64,000 nucleotides of DNA from Bacillus subtilis subsp. subtilis str. 168 (GTDB taxonomy: Bacteria > Bacillota > Bacilli > Bacillales > Bacillaceae): assembly GCF_000009045.1 (NCBI RefSeq), contig NC_000964.3, positions 682,001 through 746,000 on the forward strand, in the 5' to 3' direction. The position numbers were made by a program, and so were the translations under genes. Each line of letters opens with the position of its first letter. The stretch's first letter is position 1. The notes below the pieces were generated by a model. It saw only the letters and a list, made by a program, of their open reading frames with translations. It did not search any database and was not told the DNA's origin. This document shows positions 8,364 through 18,235 of the stretch, one piece after another.

Positions 8364-10577
8364 ATGCCGCACGATGATCACAAGGGAAGCCGTTTGAGCT
8401 TGCTGTTATTTTATTTTCTGGCTTTTTTATTGCTGTGGGAGTGGCTTAGGCCGCTTGACAGTTTTACTGAAACGAAACATACAGGCTTTTTTAGTGTCTT
8501 TATCGGCTTGACGTTTCTGCTGACTTTTTTCAGGATGAGGTGGTTTGTCACCGTTCCTTTTTGTGTCATATTTACATTGATCTCGATACACATCCTGTTT
8601 TATCAAGGATCTATATTCGACTTGAGCTGGGTCAGCTCTTTTTTGCAGGATGTCTATCTGAATATCACGCTGATTCAATCAGGGCAATGGAATGACATGA
8701 TTCCTTCATTTCGGACCCTGCTGTTTTTTGTGCTGCTGTGGCTGCTGGTCTATCTCCTGCATTATTGGGTGATTTACCAGAGAAGAATTTTGTTTTTCTT
8801 TTTGATGACAGTAGCGTATATTACGATTCTTGATACCTTTACGCCATATGATGCCACTTTTGCCGTAATCCGTATCGTGCTGATCGGCTTCTTTATGCTG
8901 GGCCTTTTATACTTGGAACGCATTAAGCTGATGGAAAGAATCACACTGCCAAAAACATCTGTCCTGAAATGGTTTCTTCCTTTATCTGTATTGGTTTTGG
9001 CTGCAACGGGATTCGGACTCGCCGCTCCAAAATCAGAGCCGGCTTGGCCTGATCCGGTGCCTTTTCTTAAAAAAATCACTCATCAAGACCGCGTGTCTGC
9101 AGGGGAAAGCAAAATCGGATACGGGAATCATGATGAATCACTCGGCGGCCCGTTCCAGCAGGATGCTACACCTGTTTTTACATGGCAGGGAAAAGAGCGT
9201 ACGTATTTCCGTGTGGAAACGAAGGACACGTATACCGGAAAAGGCTGGATTGAAACAGACACAGGCATGTCGTATCAGCTTAGCAATGGAAAAGTTGAAA
9301 ATCTGTGGTTTGACCATAAGGTTGCGACAGAGCGCCGCACCGTCCGTGTAAAAGTCGATAAGCACTACGGGTATAACCATCTGATGTATCCGATTGGTGC
9401 GGAAACCATTCAGCCAAAGCAGGCTGTCTCACTTGAAATGAACGGCAACACGGAGCAAATTTCTCCGATCAGTGAACAAGCCGGTGAAATCAGAAATATG
9501 GGGAATTATACAGTAACGTACAATTCCCCGGTCTATAAGCTGGATGAACTGAGAAAGGTAAAAGTGAGAAAAAACAGTGAGGAGTACACATTCAGCGATC
9601 GCTACATGCAGCTTCCAGATTCACTGCCAGAGCGGGTGAGAACCCTTGCGATCAAACTGACTCAGGATCACGACAATATGTTTGATAAGGTGAAAGCGGT
9701 TGAGGACTATTTAGGGTCAAATGCGTTCACATATGAAACAGAAAACGTGACCATTCCGAAGAATGATGAAGATTATGTCGATCAATTTCTCTTTGAAACG
9801 AAAATGGGTTATTGTGATAACTTTTCTTCCGCCATGGTGGTGCTCTTGCGCTCGGCCGGCATTCCGGCCCGCTGGGTAAAGGGTTATACGTCCGGCGAAT
9901 ACAAAGAAGCAGGGAACAAAAATGGCAGCATTTACGAAGTGACAAATAACAATGCCCATTCCTGGGTAGAGGTGTATTTCCCGGAACAGGGCTGGGTTAC
10001 ATTTGAGCCGACTAAAGGGTTTACAAATCCGGCTCAATTTACATCTTCTGACACAAAAGACTCTGGCAGCGATAGCAGCAGCTCGCCGAAGAAAGCAAAA
10101 GAGAAACAGAAAGAAGAGAAAAAACAGCCGCAAAAAGAGGAAAAACAAAAGGAAAAGCGGGAGCCAGCTGTTTCTAAAAAGCCGTCCGCTTCGCATACTA
10201 ATGCCGGTGCGGGCTTGTATGCAGCGCTTGCGGTTCTTGCAGTCCTCCTGGTGGCAGCTGTATTGCTGTATGTTTTCCGCTCGTTATGGATTCCTGTTTT
10301 CGCCGTGAGGAAATTGAAGCGGCGCAGTGATCAGCACGCGTTTTTTGAGGCATATGGCGCGCTGCTGAAACAACTGAAGAGAAAAGGACTGCCGAAACGA
10401 GACAGTGAAACGCTGCGTGATTATGCAAAACGAATTGATGAAAAATACGACATAGAAGACATGTCAAAGCTGACATTAAGCTATGAAAGGGCGCTTTACA
10501 GAAATGAAGATTCTTCGGCGCTATGGAATGATTCGAGAGAGTTATGGGAAAATTTAATTAAAAGAAGATGGTCTTGA
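8364..10577 (+). CDS. yebA: Membrane transglutaminase-like protein, 737 aa
   Basis: Multi-TM N-terminus; GYCDNF (Cys), AHSWVEVY (His) and FEPT; K/E-rich linker, then a TM segment and a DUF4129-like tail. Confidence 0.88.
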   Translation: MPHDDHKGSRLSLLLFYFLAFLLLWEWLRPLDSFTETKHTGFFSVFIGLTFLLTFFRMRWFVTVPFCVIFTLISIHILFYQGSIFDLSWVSSFLQDVYLNITLIQSGQWNDMIPSFRTLLFFVLLWLLVYLLHYWVIYQRRILFFFLMTVAYITILDTFTPYDATFAVIRIVLIGFFMLGLLYLERIKLMERITLPKTSVLKWFLPLSVLVLAATGFGLAAPKSEPAWPDPVPFLKKITHQDRVSAGESKIGYGNHDESLGGPFQQDATPVFTWQGKERTYFRVETKDTYTGKGWIETDTGMSYQLSNGKVENLWFDHKVATERRTVRVKVDKHYGYNHLMYPIGAETIQPKQAVSLEMNGNTEQISPISEQAGEIRNMGNYTVTYNSPVYKLDELRKVKVRKNSEEYTFSDRYMQLPDSLPERVRTLAIKLTQDHDNMFDKVKAVEDYLGSNAFTYETENVTIPKNDEDYVDQFLFETKMGYCDNFSSAMVVLLRSAGIPARWVKGYTSGEYKEAGNKNGSIYEVTNNNAHSWVEVYFPEQGWVTFEPTKGFTNPAQFTSSDTKDSGSDSSSSPKKAKEKQKEEKKQPQKEEKQKEKREPAVSKKPSASHTNAGAGLYAALAVLAVLLVAAVLLYVFRSLWIPVFAVRKLKRRSDQHAFFEAYGALLKQLKRKGLPKRDSETLRDYAKRIDEKYDIEDMSKLTLSYERALYRNEDSSALWNDSRELWENLIKRRWS

Positions 10578-10602
10578 CCGCTTATCGACGTGTTGTTAGA
10601 AT
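10574..10602 (+). promoter_or_regulatory. SigA promoter for guaA
   Basis: TTGACC (10574-10579), 17-bp spacer, extended -10 TGnTAGAAT (10594-10602); overlaps the yebA stop codon. Confidence 0.75.
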
Positions 10603-10664
10603 TAGTGAATATTATCGGAGTCTGGGAGCGAGTTGGCCTGACTCCGGCAAACGGCCTTGCCAAA

Positions 10665-10702
10665 GAGGGCGGAGCGAGCTTCATATCTGTCCTCGTTTTT
10701 TT
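10665..10702 (+). terminator. Terminator-like hairpin in the guaA leader
   Basis: GAGGGCGGA (10665-10673) pairs with TCTGTCCTC (10686-10694) using G-U pairs, followed by G and seven T. Confidence 0.55.
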
Positions 10703-10739
10703 CTGTGTCAAAAAACTTAGAGGAGATTAGGTGACAACC

Positions 10740-12281
10740 ATGACAAAGTTAGTGAATGAAATGATTCTTGTCCTTGATTTCGGCAGTCAGTATAACCAGC
10801 TGATTACACGCCGTATCCGTGAATTCGGTGTTTACAGCGAGCTGCATCCACATACATTGACGGCTGAAGAAATTAAAAAAATGAATCCAAAAGGAATTAT
10901 TTTATCCGGCGGTCCAAACAGTGTGTATGATGAAAACTCTTTCCGCTGTGACGAGAAAATCTTCGAGCTTGATATTCCTGTTTTGGGAATTTGCTACGGC
11001 ATGCAGCTGATGACTCATTACCTTGGCGGTAAAGTTGAAGCGGCAAGCCAGCGTGAATACGGAAAAGCAAACATCCGCATCGAAGGCACACCTGATTTGT
11101 TCAGAGATCTTCCGAATGAACAAGTGGTTTGGATGAGCCACGGCGATTTGGTTGTAGAAGTTCCTGAAGGCTTCACTGTTGACGCGACAAGCCATCACTG
11201 CCCGAACTCAGCAATGAGCAAAGCGGACAAAAAATGGTATGGCGTTCAGTTCCACCCGGAAGTGCGCCACTCTGAATACGGCAATGATCTTCTGAAAAAC
11301 TTTGTATTCGGTGTTTGCGAATGCGAAGGCGAATGGTCAATGGAGAACTTTATCGAAATCGAAATGCAAAAAATCCGTGAAACGGTCGGAGACAAACAGG
11401 TTCTTTGCGCGCTAAGCGGCGGCGTTGATTCCTCTGTTGTTGCTGTTTTGATTCATAAAGCGATCGGCGACCAGCTGACTTGTATCTTTGTAGACCATGG
11501 TCTTCTCCGTAAAGGCGAAGCTGAGGGTGTTATGAAAACATTCAGCGAAGGCTTTAACATGAATGTGATTAAAGTAGACGCAAAAGATCGATTCTTAAAC
11601 AAACTAAAAGGCGTTTCTGATCCTGAGCAAAAACGCAAAATCATCGGTAATGAATTCATTTACGTGTTTGATGATGAAGCGGACAAGCTCAAAGGCATCG
11701 ACTACCTTGCACAAGGTACGCTTTACACAGATATCATCGAGAGCGGTACAGCAACGGCGCAAACGATCAAATCTCACCACAATGTCGGCGGACTTCCTGA
11801 AGACATGCAGTTTGAGCTGATCGAGCCGTTAAATACGCTCTTCAAAGACGAAGTGCGCGCGCTTGGCACAGAGCTCGGCATTCCGGATGAAATCGTATGG
11901 CGTCAGCCGTTCCCAGGACCGGGACTCGGAATCCGCGTTCTTGGCGAAGTAACAGAAGAAAAACTTGAAATCGTTCGTGAATCAGATGCAATCTTGCGTG
12001 AAGAAATTGCAAATCACGGCTTAGAGCGTGATATCTGGCAATACTTCACTGTTCTTCCTGACATCCGCAGCGTTGGTGTTATGGGTGACGCAAGAACATA
12101 TGATTACACAATCGGAATCCGCGCCGTTACATCAATCGACGGCATGACATCTGACTGGGCGCGTATCCCGTGGGATGTGCTTGAAGTCATTTCGACACGT
12201 ATCGTAAACGAAGTGAAGCACATTAACCGCGTGGTGTATGATATTACAAGTAAGCCGCCTGCGACGATTGAGTGGGAATAA
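10740..12281 (+). CDS. guaA: GMP synthase (glutamine-hydrolysing), 513 aa
   Basis: [30 protein letters not shown] and KPPATIEWE motifs. GTG 10731 is an alternative start. Confidence 0.97.
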   Translation: MTKLVNEMILVLDFGSQYNQLITRRIREFGVYSELHPHTLTAEEIKKMNPKGIILSGGPNSVYDENSFRCDEKIFELDIPVLGICYGMQLMTHYLGGKVEAASQREYGKANIRIEGTPDLFRDLPNEQVVWMSHGDLVVEVPEGFTVDATSHHCPNSAMSKADKKWYGVQFHPEVRHSEYGNDLLKNFVFGVCECEGEWSMENFIEIEMQKIRETVGDKQVLCALSGGVDSSVVAVLIHKAIGDQLTCIFVDHGLLRKGEAEGVMKTFSEGFNMNVIKVDAKDRFLNKLKGVSDPEQKRKIIGNEFIYVFDDEADKLKGIDYLAQGTLYTDIIESGTATAQTIKSHHNVGGLPEDMQFELIEPLNTLFKDEVRALGTELGIPDEIVWRQPFPGPGLGIRVLGEVTEEKLEIVRESDAILREEIANHGLERDIWQYFTVLPDIRSVGVMGDARTYDYTIGIRAVTSIDGMTSDWARIPWDVLEVISTRIVNEVKHINRVVYDITSKPPATIEWE

Positions 12282-12295
12282 GAATCAATTAATGG

Positions 12296-12334
12296 AAACC
12301 ATCTTTTTGGCAATTTTGCCGGGAAGATGGTTTT
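12296..12334 (+). terminator. Intrinsic terminator of guaA
   Basis: AAACCATCTT...AAGATGGTTT stem with an inner GGC/GCC extension, followed by a T-rich tract. Confidence 0.75.
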
Positions 12335-12342
12335 ATTTGTTT

Positions 12343-12384
12343 ATTACGAACAAAATCCGATTTTGCGCGACTATTGTTCGCTTT
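12343..12384. promoter_or_regulatory. Pair of inverted PurBoxes (PurR operator) upstream of pbuG
   Basis: CGAAC at 12347 and GTTCG at 12376. The 29-bp offset is identical to the pair upstream of purE. Confidence 0.75.
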
Positions 12385-12443
12385 TTGTATTGTTTTTTCA
12401 AAATGAACTTGGTACAATAGACACAGAAATCAAATAAGATGAA

Positions 12444-12510
12444 TTCGTATAATCGCGGGAATATGGCTCGCAAGTCTCTACCAAGCTACCGTAAATGGCT
12501 TGACTACGTA
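12444..12510 (+). ncRNA. Purine riboswitch aptamer, guanine-sensing (pbuG leader)
   Basis: TCGTATAATCGCGGGAATATGGCTCGCAAGTCTCTACC...CCGTAAA...GACTACG matches the purine riboswitch consensus; discriminator is C (12504). Confidence 0.95.
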
Positions 12511-12579
12511 AACATTTCTTTCGTTTGATATAAATAAAACACGGTTATTTATTCAAACTGAAATCCGTCTGTAGTCAAG

Positions 12580-12607
12580 CGTCCCAAAATGTATTGGGAC
12601 GTTTTTT
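12580..12607 (+). terminator. Riboswitch-controlled terminator in the pbuG leader
   Basis: CGTCCCAA / TTGGGACG stem followed by six T, between the aptamer and the start codon. Confidence 0.85.
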
Positions 12608-12661
12608 ATTTGGCGTTTTCAGGACAGAATAAATAGCAAAGAGTGAAGGGAGTCAAATAGC

Positions 12662-13984
12662 TTGAAAACGTTTTTTCAGTTTGATGAGCTGGGCACCAGC
12701 TATCGCAATGAAATCATTGGCGGATTAACGACTTTTTTATCTATGGCATATATTTTGTTCGTCAATCCGATTACGCTTGCTTTGGAGAGCGTGAAAGATT
12801 TTCCGGAGGCGCTGAGAATTGACCAGGGTGCGGTCTTTACGGCGACAGCGCTGGCGTCTGCAGCAGGCTGTATCTTAATGGGATTAATAGCGAGATATCC
12901 GATTGCCATCGCGCCGGGTATGGGGCTGAACGCGTTTTTTGCGTTTTCTGTTGTCCTTGGTATGGGTATTTCATGGCAGGCAGCTTTGTCCGGTGTTTTT
13001 ATTTCAGGTCTTATTTTCGTTGCTCTTTCTTTAACAGGTTTTCGTGAAAAAATCATCAACGCCATTCCGCCTGAGCTGAAATTGGCAGTCGGTGCGGGGA
13101 TCGGCCTGTTTATTACATTTGTTGGATTACAAGGTTCAGGAATCATTACAGCGAATCCTTCTACGCTCGTCACGATCGGAAACATTCACAGCGGTCCTGT
13201 GCTGTTAACGATTTTCGGTGTGATTGTCACGGTTATTTTAATGGTGCTTCGCGTGAACGCAGGCGTGTTTATCGGGATGCTATTAACAGCGGTAGCCGGC
13301 ATGATTTTCGGTTTGGTTCCGGTTCCGACTCAAATTATCGGCAGTGTGCCAAGCCTTGCGCCGACTTTCGGACAAGCGTGGATTCACCTCCCGGATATTT
13401 TCTCTGTACAAATGCTGATCGTTATTTTAACATTCTTGTTTGTCGGATTTTTTGATACAGCTGGTACACTTGTTGCTGTGGCAACACAAGCTGGTTTAAT
13501 GAAGGAAAACAAATTGCCGCGTGCGGGCCGTGCGCTTTTAGCTGATTCATCTTCTATTGTGATCGGTGCCGTGCTTGGTACGTCTACAACAACTTCTTAC
13601 GTGGAATCAAGCTCAGGTGTCGCTGCGGGTGCCCGGTCAGGATTTGCCGCAATTGTAACAGGGATTCTCTTTTTACTGGCTACGTTTTTCTCGCCGCTCC
13701 TATCAGTCGTTACGTCAAATGTAACAGCGCCGGCGCTTATTATTGTTGGTGCATTGATGGTGGCGCCGCTTGGCAAAATCGCTTGGGATAAGTTCGAAGT
13801 GGCCGTTCCTGCTTTCCTTACCATGATCATGATGCCGTTAACGTACAGCATCGCGACTGGTATTGCCATCGGATTTATTTTCTATCCGATTACAATGGTG
13901 TGCAAAGGAAAAGCAAAAGAGGTTCATCCAATCATGTACGGGCTGTTTGTCGTATTTATCCTGTACTTTATCTTCTTAAAATAA
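12662..13984 (+). CDS. pbuG: Hypoxanthine/guanine permease (NCS2/AzgA family), 440 aa
   Basis: APGMGLNAFF, FFDTAGT and YVESSSGV motifs; TTG start; guanine riboswitch upstream. Confidence 0.95.
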   Translation: MKTFFQFDELGTSYRNEIIGGLTTFLSMAYILFVNPITLALESVKDFPEALRIDQGAVFTATALASAAGCILMGLIARYPIAIAPGMGLNAFFAFSVVLGMGISWQAALSGVFISGLIFVALSLTGFREKIINAIPPELKLAVGAGIGLFITFVGLQGSGIITANPSTLVTIGNIHSGPVLLTIFGVIVTVILMVLRVNAGVFIGMLLTAVAGMIFGLVPVPTQIIGSVPSLAPTFGQAWIHLPDIFSVQMLIVILTFLFVGFFDTAGTLVAVATQAGLMKENKLPRAGRALLADSSSIVIGAVLGTSTTTSYVESSSGVAAGARSGFAAIVTGILFLLATFFSPLLSVVTSNVTAPALIIVGALMVAPLGKIAWDKFEVAVPAFLTMIMMPLTYSIATGIAIGFIFYPITMVCKGKAKEVHPIMYGLFVVFILYFIFLK

Positions 13985-13990
13985 GGAATG

Positions 13991-14022
13991 AAAAACCAGC
14001 TGCACTGGCAGCTGGTTTTTTT
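13991..14022 (+). terminator. Intrinsic terminator of pbuG
   Basis: AAAAACCAGCTGC-ACTG-GCAGCTGGTTTTT. Confidence 0.9.
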
Positions 14023-14194
14023 GTTGCAAAAGATAAAACCATTTCATACGATATACCGTCATGTAGATGTGCCGCCATGCTTTACTTAAATGGAAATGAC
14101 TTGACTGTTCAGGAAGGCTTCGGTACCTTATATAAGTGTTTTATTTTCTTGCTGAATGGTATTCCGCCGTATTTTTTTGATAGGAGTTGCTGAC

Positions 14195-14998
14195 ATGACG
14201 GAAGAAAGAAAAGAAACGTTTGAAGAAGAAATTAACCAGAGTGAAAGAATAGATGCAGATGAAGAACCGCTATCGAGAATGTCCAGAAAGGCGAGCCGGC
14301 AAAGCAAGCAGAAGCAAAAACAAAAGCAGAAACCGCGCCAGGAACGCGGTGAATCAACTGTTAAAGACAAGCTTGCGTCTGTTTGGGCAGCCATCAACAG
14401 ATATTGCGGTTTTGCGTTCTCGATTTTAAAATCTCCGGCGAAAACTGTCGTAACGGATGGTTTTTCTCATTATAAGTACGGTCTGATTTCAATGCTTATA
14501 TTCAGTATCATTTTTTCAATTGGGAATTGGTTTCAGTTAAAGGCAAGCTGGAATCGGCCGCTCGGTTTCGGAGAACGCCATCATGCTTTCTATGACGGGT
14601 TTTTAGTTGTTCTTGTGTATTTGCTGATCTTTTTCGCGGTAATGGTCTTTGCTATATGGGCTGTCTCCCGCTATATGATGAAGCAGAAGGTGACGTTCAG
14701 AGAAGCGGCTGCCGTATTGGGTTCATTGCTTGTACCCGTAATTGCTGTTTCAATCCTTTGGCTGATCTTTGCGATCGTAAATATCCCAATGCTGACAGTA
14801 CTGTTTACGGTGCTGATCTTGTTTTCCATCTTTTTTATCATCGCGCTGTATGTACAGCGTGTGTACCAGGCGGCACAAGATGCACCAATTGATTATATCT
14901 ATTGTGTATTTGCAGTAGTTGCGATAGCGCTGCTGTTTACGGCAGTGACTTGGCCGTTTATTTCTGAATATATTACGGCGTCGTTGATTCCGCTTTAA
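14195..14998 (+). CDS. yebC: Membrane protein with a charged N-terminus (Yip1-like topology), 267 aa
   Basis: AGGAG RBS before ATG 14195; acidic/basic N-terminal tail followed by about five TM segments. Confidence 0.8.
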   Translation: MTEERKETFEEEINQSERIDADEEPLSRMSRKASRQSKQKQKQKQKPRQERGESTVKDKLASVWAAINRYCGFAFSILKSPAKTVVTDGFSHYKYGLISMLIFSIIFSIGNWFQLKASWNRPLGFGERHHAFYDGFLVVLVYLLIFFAVMVFAIWAVSRYMMKQKVTFREAAAVLGSLLVPVIAVSILWLIFAIVNIPMLTVLFTVLILFSIFFIIALYVQRVYQAAQDAPIDYIYCVFAVVAIALLFTAVTWPFISEYITASLIPL

Positions 14999-15000
14999 TG

Positions 15001-15031
15001 AAAAAACCGGCTAATCCTAGCCGGTTTTTTT
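15001..15031. terminator. Symmetric intrinsic terminator after yebC
   Basis: AAAAAACCGGCTA-ATCC-TAGCCGGTTTTTT. Confidence 0.9.
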
Positions 15032-15156
15032 ATGTCACACTTTTTACAAATATATCTAAAAAACATAGTTGATTTGTAGGATTAACCCGTGTATGATGGG
15101 GAAAATGCTGAAAACGTCCAGCGCAAAAACCTTTATGTTTAAGGAGGATGATGGAC

Positions 15157-15324
15157 ATGGCTGATGTACTTCGCCGAGCAATTAACCAAAAGAAGCAATT
15201 TTTAAAAACCAAATTACTGCTCTCGGAATTTTATCAAGGAAGAGGGGAACAGCTTGCTGACTACACGCTGAGTGAGCTTGAGAAAGAATACAAGTCCCTT
15301 CAGAAAATGAAAAAAGAGATCTGA
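15157..15324 (+). CDS. yebD: Small protein, 55 aa, resembling Fur-regulated basic protein FbpA family
   Basis: Below the ORF-track cutoff; read by hand. AAGGAGG (15141-15147) precedes MADVLRRAINQKKQFLKTKLLLSEFYQGRGEQLADYTLSELEKEYKSLQKMKKEI; has an LSELEKEY motif. Confidence 0.8.
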   Translation: MADVLRRAINQKKQFLKTKLLLSEFYQGRGEQLADYTLSELEKEYKSLQKMKKEI

Positions 15325-15342
15325 CAATAGATATAAAGAGGT

Positions 15343-15368
15343 GAGTCTGCTGAAAAGCGGGCTTTTTT
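15343..15368 (+). terminator. Terminator after yebD
   Basis: GAGTCTGCT-GAAA-AGCGGGCTT stem (with G-U pairs) and GNRA loop, followed by T-run. Confidence 0.7.
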
Positions 15369-15537
15369 GTTTTGATTTTGAAAAGGCGAGAAAGAGGGTA
15401 AACTACTACTGTTCAACACATAAAAGCGTGTCGAAATATTTTGCTTAAGCTTACGGGCGAAGCTGATTGTAAACGGCTCATTTCTCTAGTAGAATATGAA
15501 TGCTTTGTGCAAGCTGAAGAGTAGGGGGATGAATAAA

Positions 15538-16092
15538 ATGATGCAAACCATCTTATCAAATGGGATAGCCATGGTTCTCATAATTCTCATTATTAATATT
15601 GTCTATGTGTCATTTTTTACGATAAGAATGATTTTAACGCTGAAAGGACAGCGTTATTTAGCGGCCGGCATCAGTACGATTGAAATACTGGTTTATGTGA
15701 CAGGACTGAGTCTGGTGCTCGATAACTTAGACCAGATTCAAAATGTGATCGCGTACGCGCTCGGTTACGGTCTTGGCGTAATTGTCGGCATGAAAATAGA
15801 AGAAAAATTGGCGCTTGGCTATATTATGGTCAATGTGATTACGAAGGAGCTCGATCTTGATCTTCCGAAGCAGCTCCGTGAAAAAGGCTACGGCGTGACA
15901 AACTGGGTGGCAGGCGGGCTTGAAGGCGACCGCACAGCCCTTCAGATCCTGACGCCGAGAAGATATGAACTCCAGCTATATGATACGATTAAAACACTTG
16001 ATTCAAAAGCCTTTATTATTGCGTACGAACCAAAAACAATCCACGGCGGCTTCTGGGTCAAAGCGGTGAAGAAGAGGAGAATTAAAGAATAA
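15538..16092 (+). CDS. yebE: DUF2179/UPF0316 membrane protein, 184 aa
   Basis: Three N-terminal TM segments and a soluble C-terminal domain. Start placed at MMQTIL after the AGGGGG RBS; 15529 is an alternative. Confidence 0.8.
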
Positions 16093-16289
16093 TGGCAAAG
16101 CCGAAGAAGAAAAAGTTTGAAGTGACAGAGCAGCAAACGATTGATGCGGTGCTTCAGCAAATGAAAGAAGAAGGATATCTGCCTGTAAGGCGAATGGAAG
16201 AGCCTATTTTTATGGAAAAAAAGGAAAATGGGTCAATTCAGATCGTTCCGTGCGGGAAAAAAATCGTATTTGAAGGGAAATTGATCTAA
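16092..16289 (+). CDS. yebG: Small NETI-motif-like protein, 65 aa
   Basis: Start overlaps the yebE stop (TAATG) with GAGGAG upstream; KKKFEV...[17 protein letters not shown] motif. Confidence 0.8.
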
Positions 16290-16331
16290 AACACGAACAT
16301 TAGTAGAATGAATTTTTGTATCGTTCGATAA
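16289..16331. promoter_or_regulatory. PurBox pair (PurR operator) of the pur operon
   Basis: AAACACGAACATTA and inverted TCGTTCGATAAT; CGAAC at 16294 and GTTCG at 16323. Confidence 0.85.
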
Positions 16332-16336
16332 TATCG

Positions 16337-16365
16337 TTGACATTATCCATGTCCGTTGTTAAGAT
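16337..16365 (+). promoter_or_regulatory. SigA promoter of the pur operon
   Basis: TTGACA (16337-16342), 17-bp spacer, TAAGAT (16360-16365). Confidence 0.9.
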
Positions 16366-16387
16366 AAACATGAAATCAAAACACGAC

Positions 16388-16455
16388 CTCATATAATCTT
16401 GGGAATATGGCCCATAAGTTTCTACCCGGCAACCGTAAATTGCCGGACTATGCAG
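16388..16455 (+). ncRNA. Purine riboswitch aptamer, guanine-sensing (purE leader)
   Basis: CTCATATAATCTTGGGAATATGGCCCATAAGTTTCTACCCGGCAACCGTAAATTGCCGGACTATG; discriminator is C (16448). Confidence 0.97.
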
Positions 16456-16519
16456 GAAAGTGATCGATAAAACTGACATGGATATATCGCAGAAGCGAAC
16501 GACTGACGATACATGTACC

Positions 16520-16577
16520 ATGCCCGGTTTGTATTGCTTCCTCATAAGTGCAATGCAGAGCGGGTATTTTTTATTTT
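16520..16577 (+). terminator. Riboswitch-controlled terminator in the pur leader
   Basis: TGCCCG / CGGGTA outer stem plus TTTGTATTGC / GCAATGCAGA inner stem, followed by TTTTTTATTTT. Confidence 0.8.
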
Positions 16578-16611
16578 CTGAAAACAAAAGCATTAGAAGG
16601 TGGGGAACAGA

Positions 16612-17100
16612 ATGCAGCCGCTAGTAGGAATCATCATGGGAAGCACTTCCGATTGGGAGACAATGAAACACGCATGCGACATACTTGACGAACTCAATGT
16701 TCCGTACGAAAAAAAGGTCGTTTCCGCTCACCGGACGCCTGATTTCATGTTTGAATATGCTGAAACTGCTAGAGAAAGAGGCATCAAGGTGATTATTGCC
16801 GGTGCCGGAGGAGCGGCGCATCTGCCAGGGATGACGGCTGCGAAAACAACACTGCCAGTCATTGGAGTTCCGGTTCAGTCCAAGGCGCTGAACGGAATGG
16901 ATTCACTTCTTTCCATCGTCCAAATGCCTGGAGGCGTGCCTGTTGCGACAACATCCATCGGCAAAGCGGGTGCTGTGAACGCAGGCCTGTTAGCGGCGCA
17001 AATTTTGTCAGCATTTGACGAAGACCTTGCCCGTAAGCTGGATGAGAGAAGAGAAAATACAAAACAGACAGTGTTAGAAAGCAGTGATCAGCTTGTCTAA
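16612..17100 (+). CDS. purE: N5-CAIR mutase, 162 aa
   Basis: [15 protein letters not shown] and [11 protein letters not shown] motifs. Confidence 0.97.
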   Translation: MQPLVGIIMGSTSDWETMKHACDILDELNVPYEKKVVSAHRTPDFMFEYAETARERGIKVIIAGAGGAAHLPGMTAAKTTLPVIGVPVQSKALNGMDSLLSIVQMPGGVPVATTSIGKAGAVNAGLLAAQILSAFDEDLARKLDERRENTKQTVLESSDQLV

Positions 17101-18235
17101 ACAAATCATCTATCCGGGAGCTGTAATCGGCATTATCGGCGGCGGCCAGCTTGGGAAAATGATGGCTGTGTCCGCCAAACAAATGGGGTATAAAGTCGCG
17201 GTCGTTGATCCGGTGAAAGATTCGCCGTGCGGGCAGGTTGCGGATGTCGAAATTACCGCTCATTATAATGACCGTGAAGCGATTCGAAAATTGGCTGAAA
17301 TCAGCGATATCATCACATATGAGTTTGAAAACATCGACTATGATGCGCTGCATTGGCTAAAAGATCATGCGTATCTCCCGCAAGGAAGTGAGCTGCTGCT
17401 TATTACCCAAAACCGTGAAACAGAGAAAAAAGCAATTCAATCCGCGGGCTGTGAAGTCGCACCGTACAGCATCGTCAAAACAAAGAATGAATTGAAACAG
17501 GCAGTACAGGAGCTCAGGCTTCCGGCAGTGCTGAAAACATGCCGCGGCGGGTACGACGGCAAAGGCCAATTTGTGATAAAAGAAGAGGCGCAAATGGAGC
17601 AGGCAGCCGCTCTGTTAGAACACGGAACTTGCATTCTTGAAAGCTGGGTTTCTTTTAAAATGGAACTGTCGGTGATCGTCGTTAGATCGGTAAACGGTGA
17701 AATTTCAACATTTCCGACAGCTGAAAACATTCACCACAACAATATTCTTTTCCAAAGCATCGTGCCCGCACGGGTAGAGAAAGGGATTCAGCAGAAGGCT
17801 GCTGATCTCGCAGTTAAGCTTGCAGATGAGCTTAACCTTGTCGGACCGCTTGCTGTTGAGATGTTCCTGACAGAGGACGGAGAGCTTTTGGTCAATGAAC
17901 TGGCGCCAAGACCGCACAATTCAGGGCATTATACGCTGGACCTTTGCGAGACGAGCCAGTTTGAGCAGCATATCAGAGCGGTATGCGGGCTTCCGCTTGG
18001 GAAGACAGATTTGCTGAAGCCGGGCATGATGGTGAATCTTCTCGGCGATGAAGTGAAGCTTGTTGAGGAAGACCCGGAGCTTTTAAAAGAGGCAAAGCTA
18101 TATATATACGGAAAACATGAAATCAAAAAAGGCCGCAAAATGGGGCATATTACATTTATGAAGCAGCCTGAAGACGAATGGATTCAGGAGATCACAAATA
18201 AATGGATGAATAGAGACGGAGGACAAGCAGAATGA
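17093..18235 (+). CDS. purK: N5-CAIR synthase (ATP-grasp), 380 aa
   Basis: [24 protein letters not shown] and RKMGH motifs; TTG start overlapping the purE end. Confidence 0.95.
   Translation: MSKQIIYPGAVIGIIGGGQLGKMMAVSAKQMGYKVAVVDPVKDSPCGQVADVEITAHYNDREAIRKLAEISDIITYEFENIDYDALHWLKDHAYLPQGSELLLITQNRETEKKAIQSAGCEVAPYSIVKTKNELKQAVQELRLPAVLKTCRGGYDGKGQFVIKEEAQMEQAAALLEHGTCILESWVSFKMELSVIVVRSVNGEISTFPTAENIHHNNILFQSIVPARVEKGIQQKAADLAVKLADELNLVGPLAVEMFLTEDGELLVNELAPRPHNSGHYTLDLCETSQFEQHIRAVCGLPLGKTDLLKPGMMVNLLGDEVKLVEEDPELLKEAKLYIYGKHEIKKGRKMGHITFMKQPEDEWIQEITNKWMNRDGGQAE

Noticed and set aside
9717-10196. 159-aa minus-strand ORF rich in Phe/Leu (LFLLFFLFLRLFF...)
   Set aside because: It is the reverse complement of the purine-rich K/E linker of yebA; the hydrophobicity is an artefact.
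10496-10711. 71-aa minus-strand ORF across the guaA leader
   Set aside because: Overlaps the yebA end and the guaA promoter and leader; no RBS; better explained as non-coding structure.
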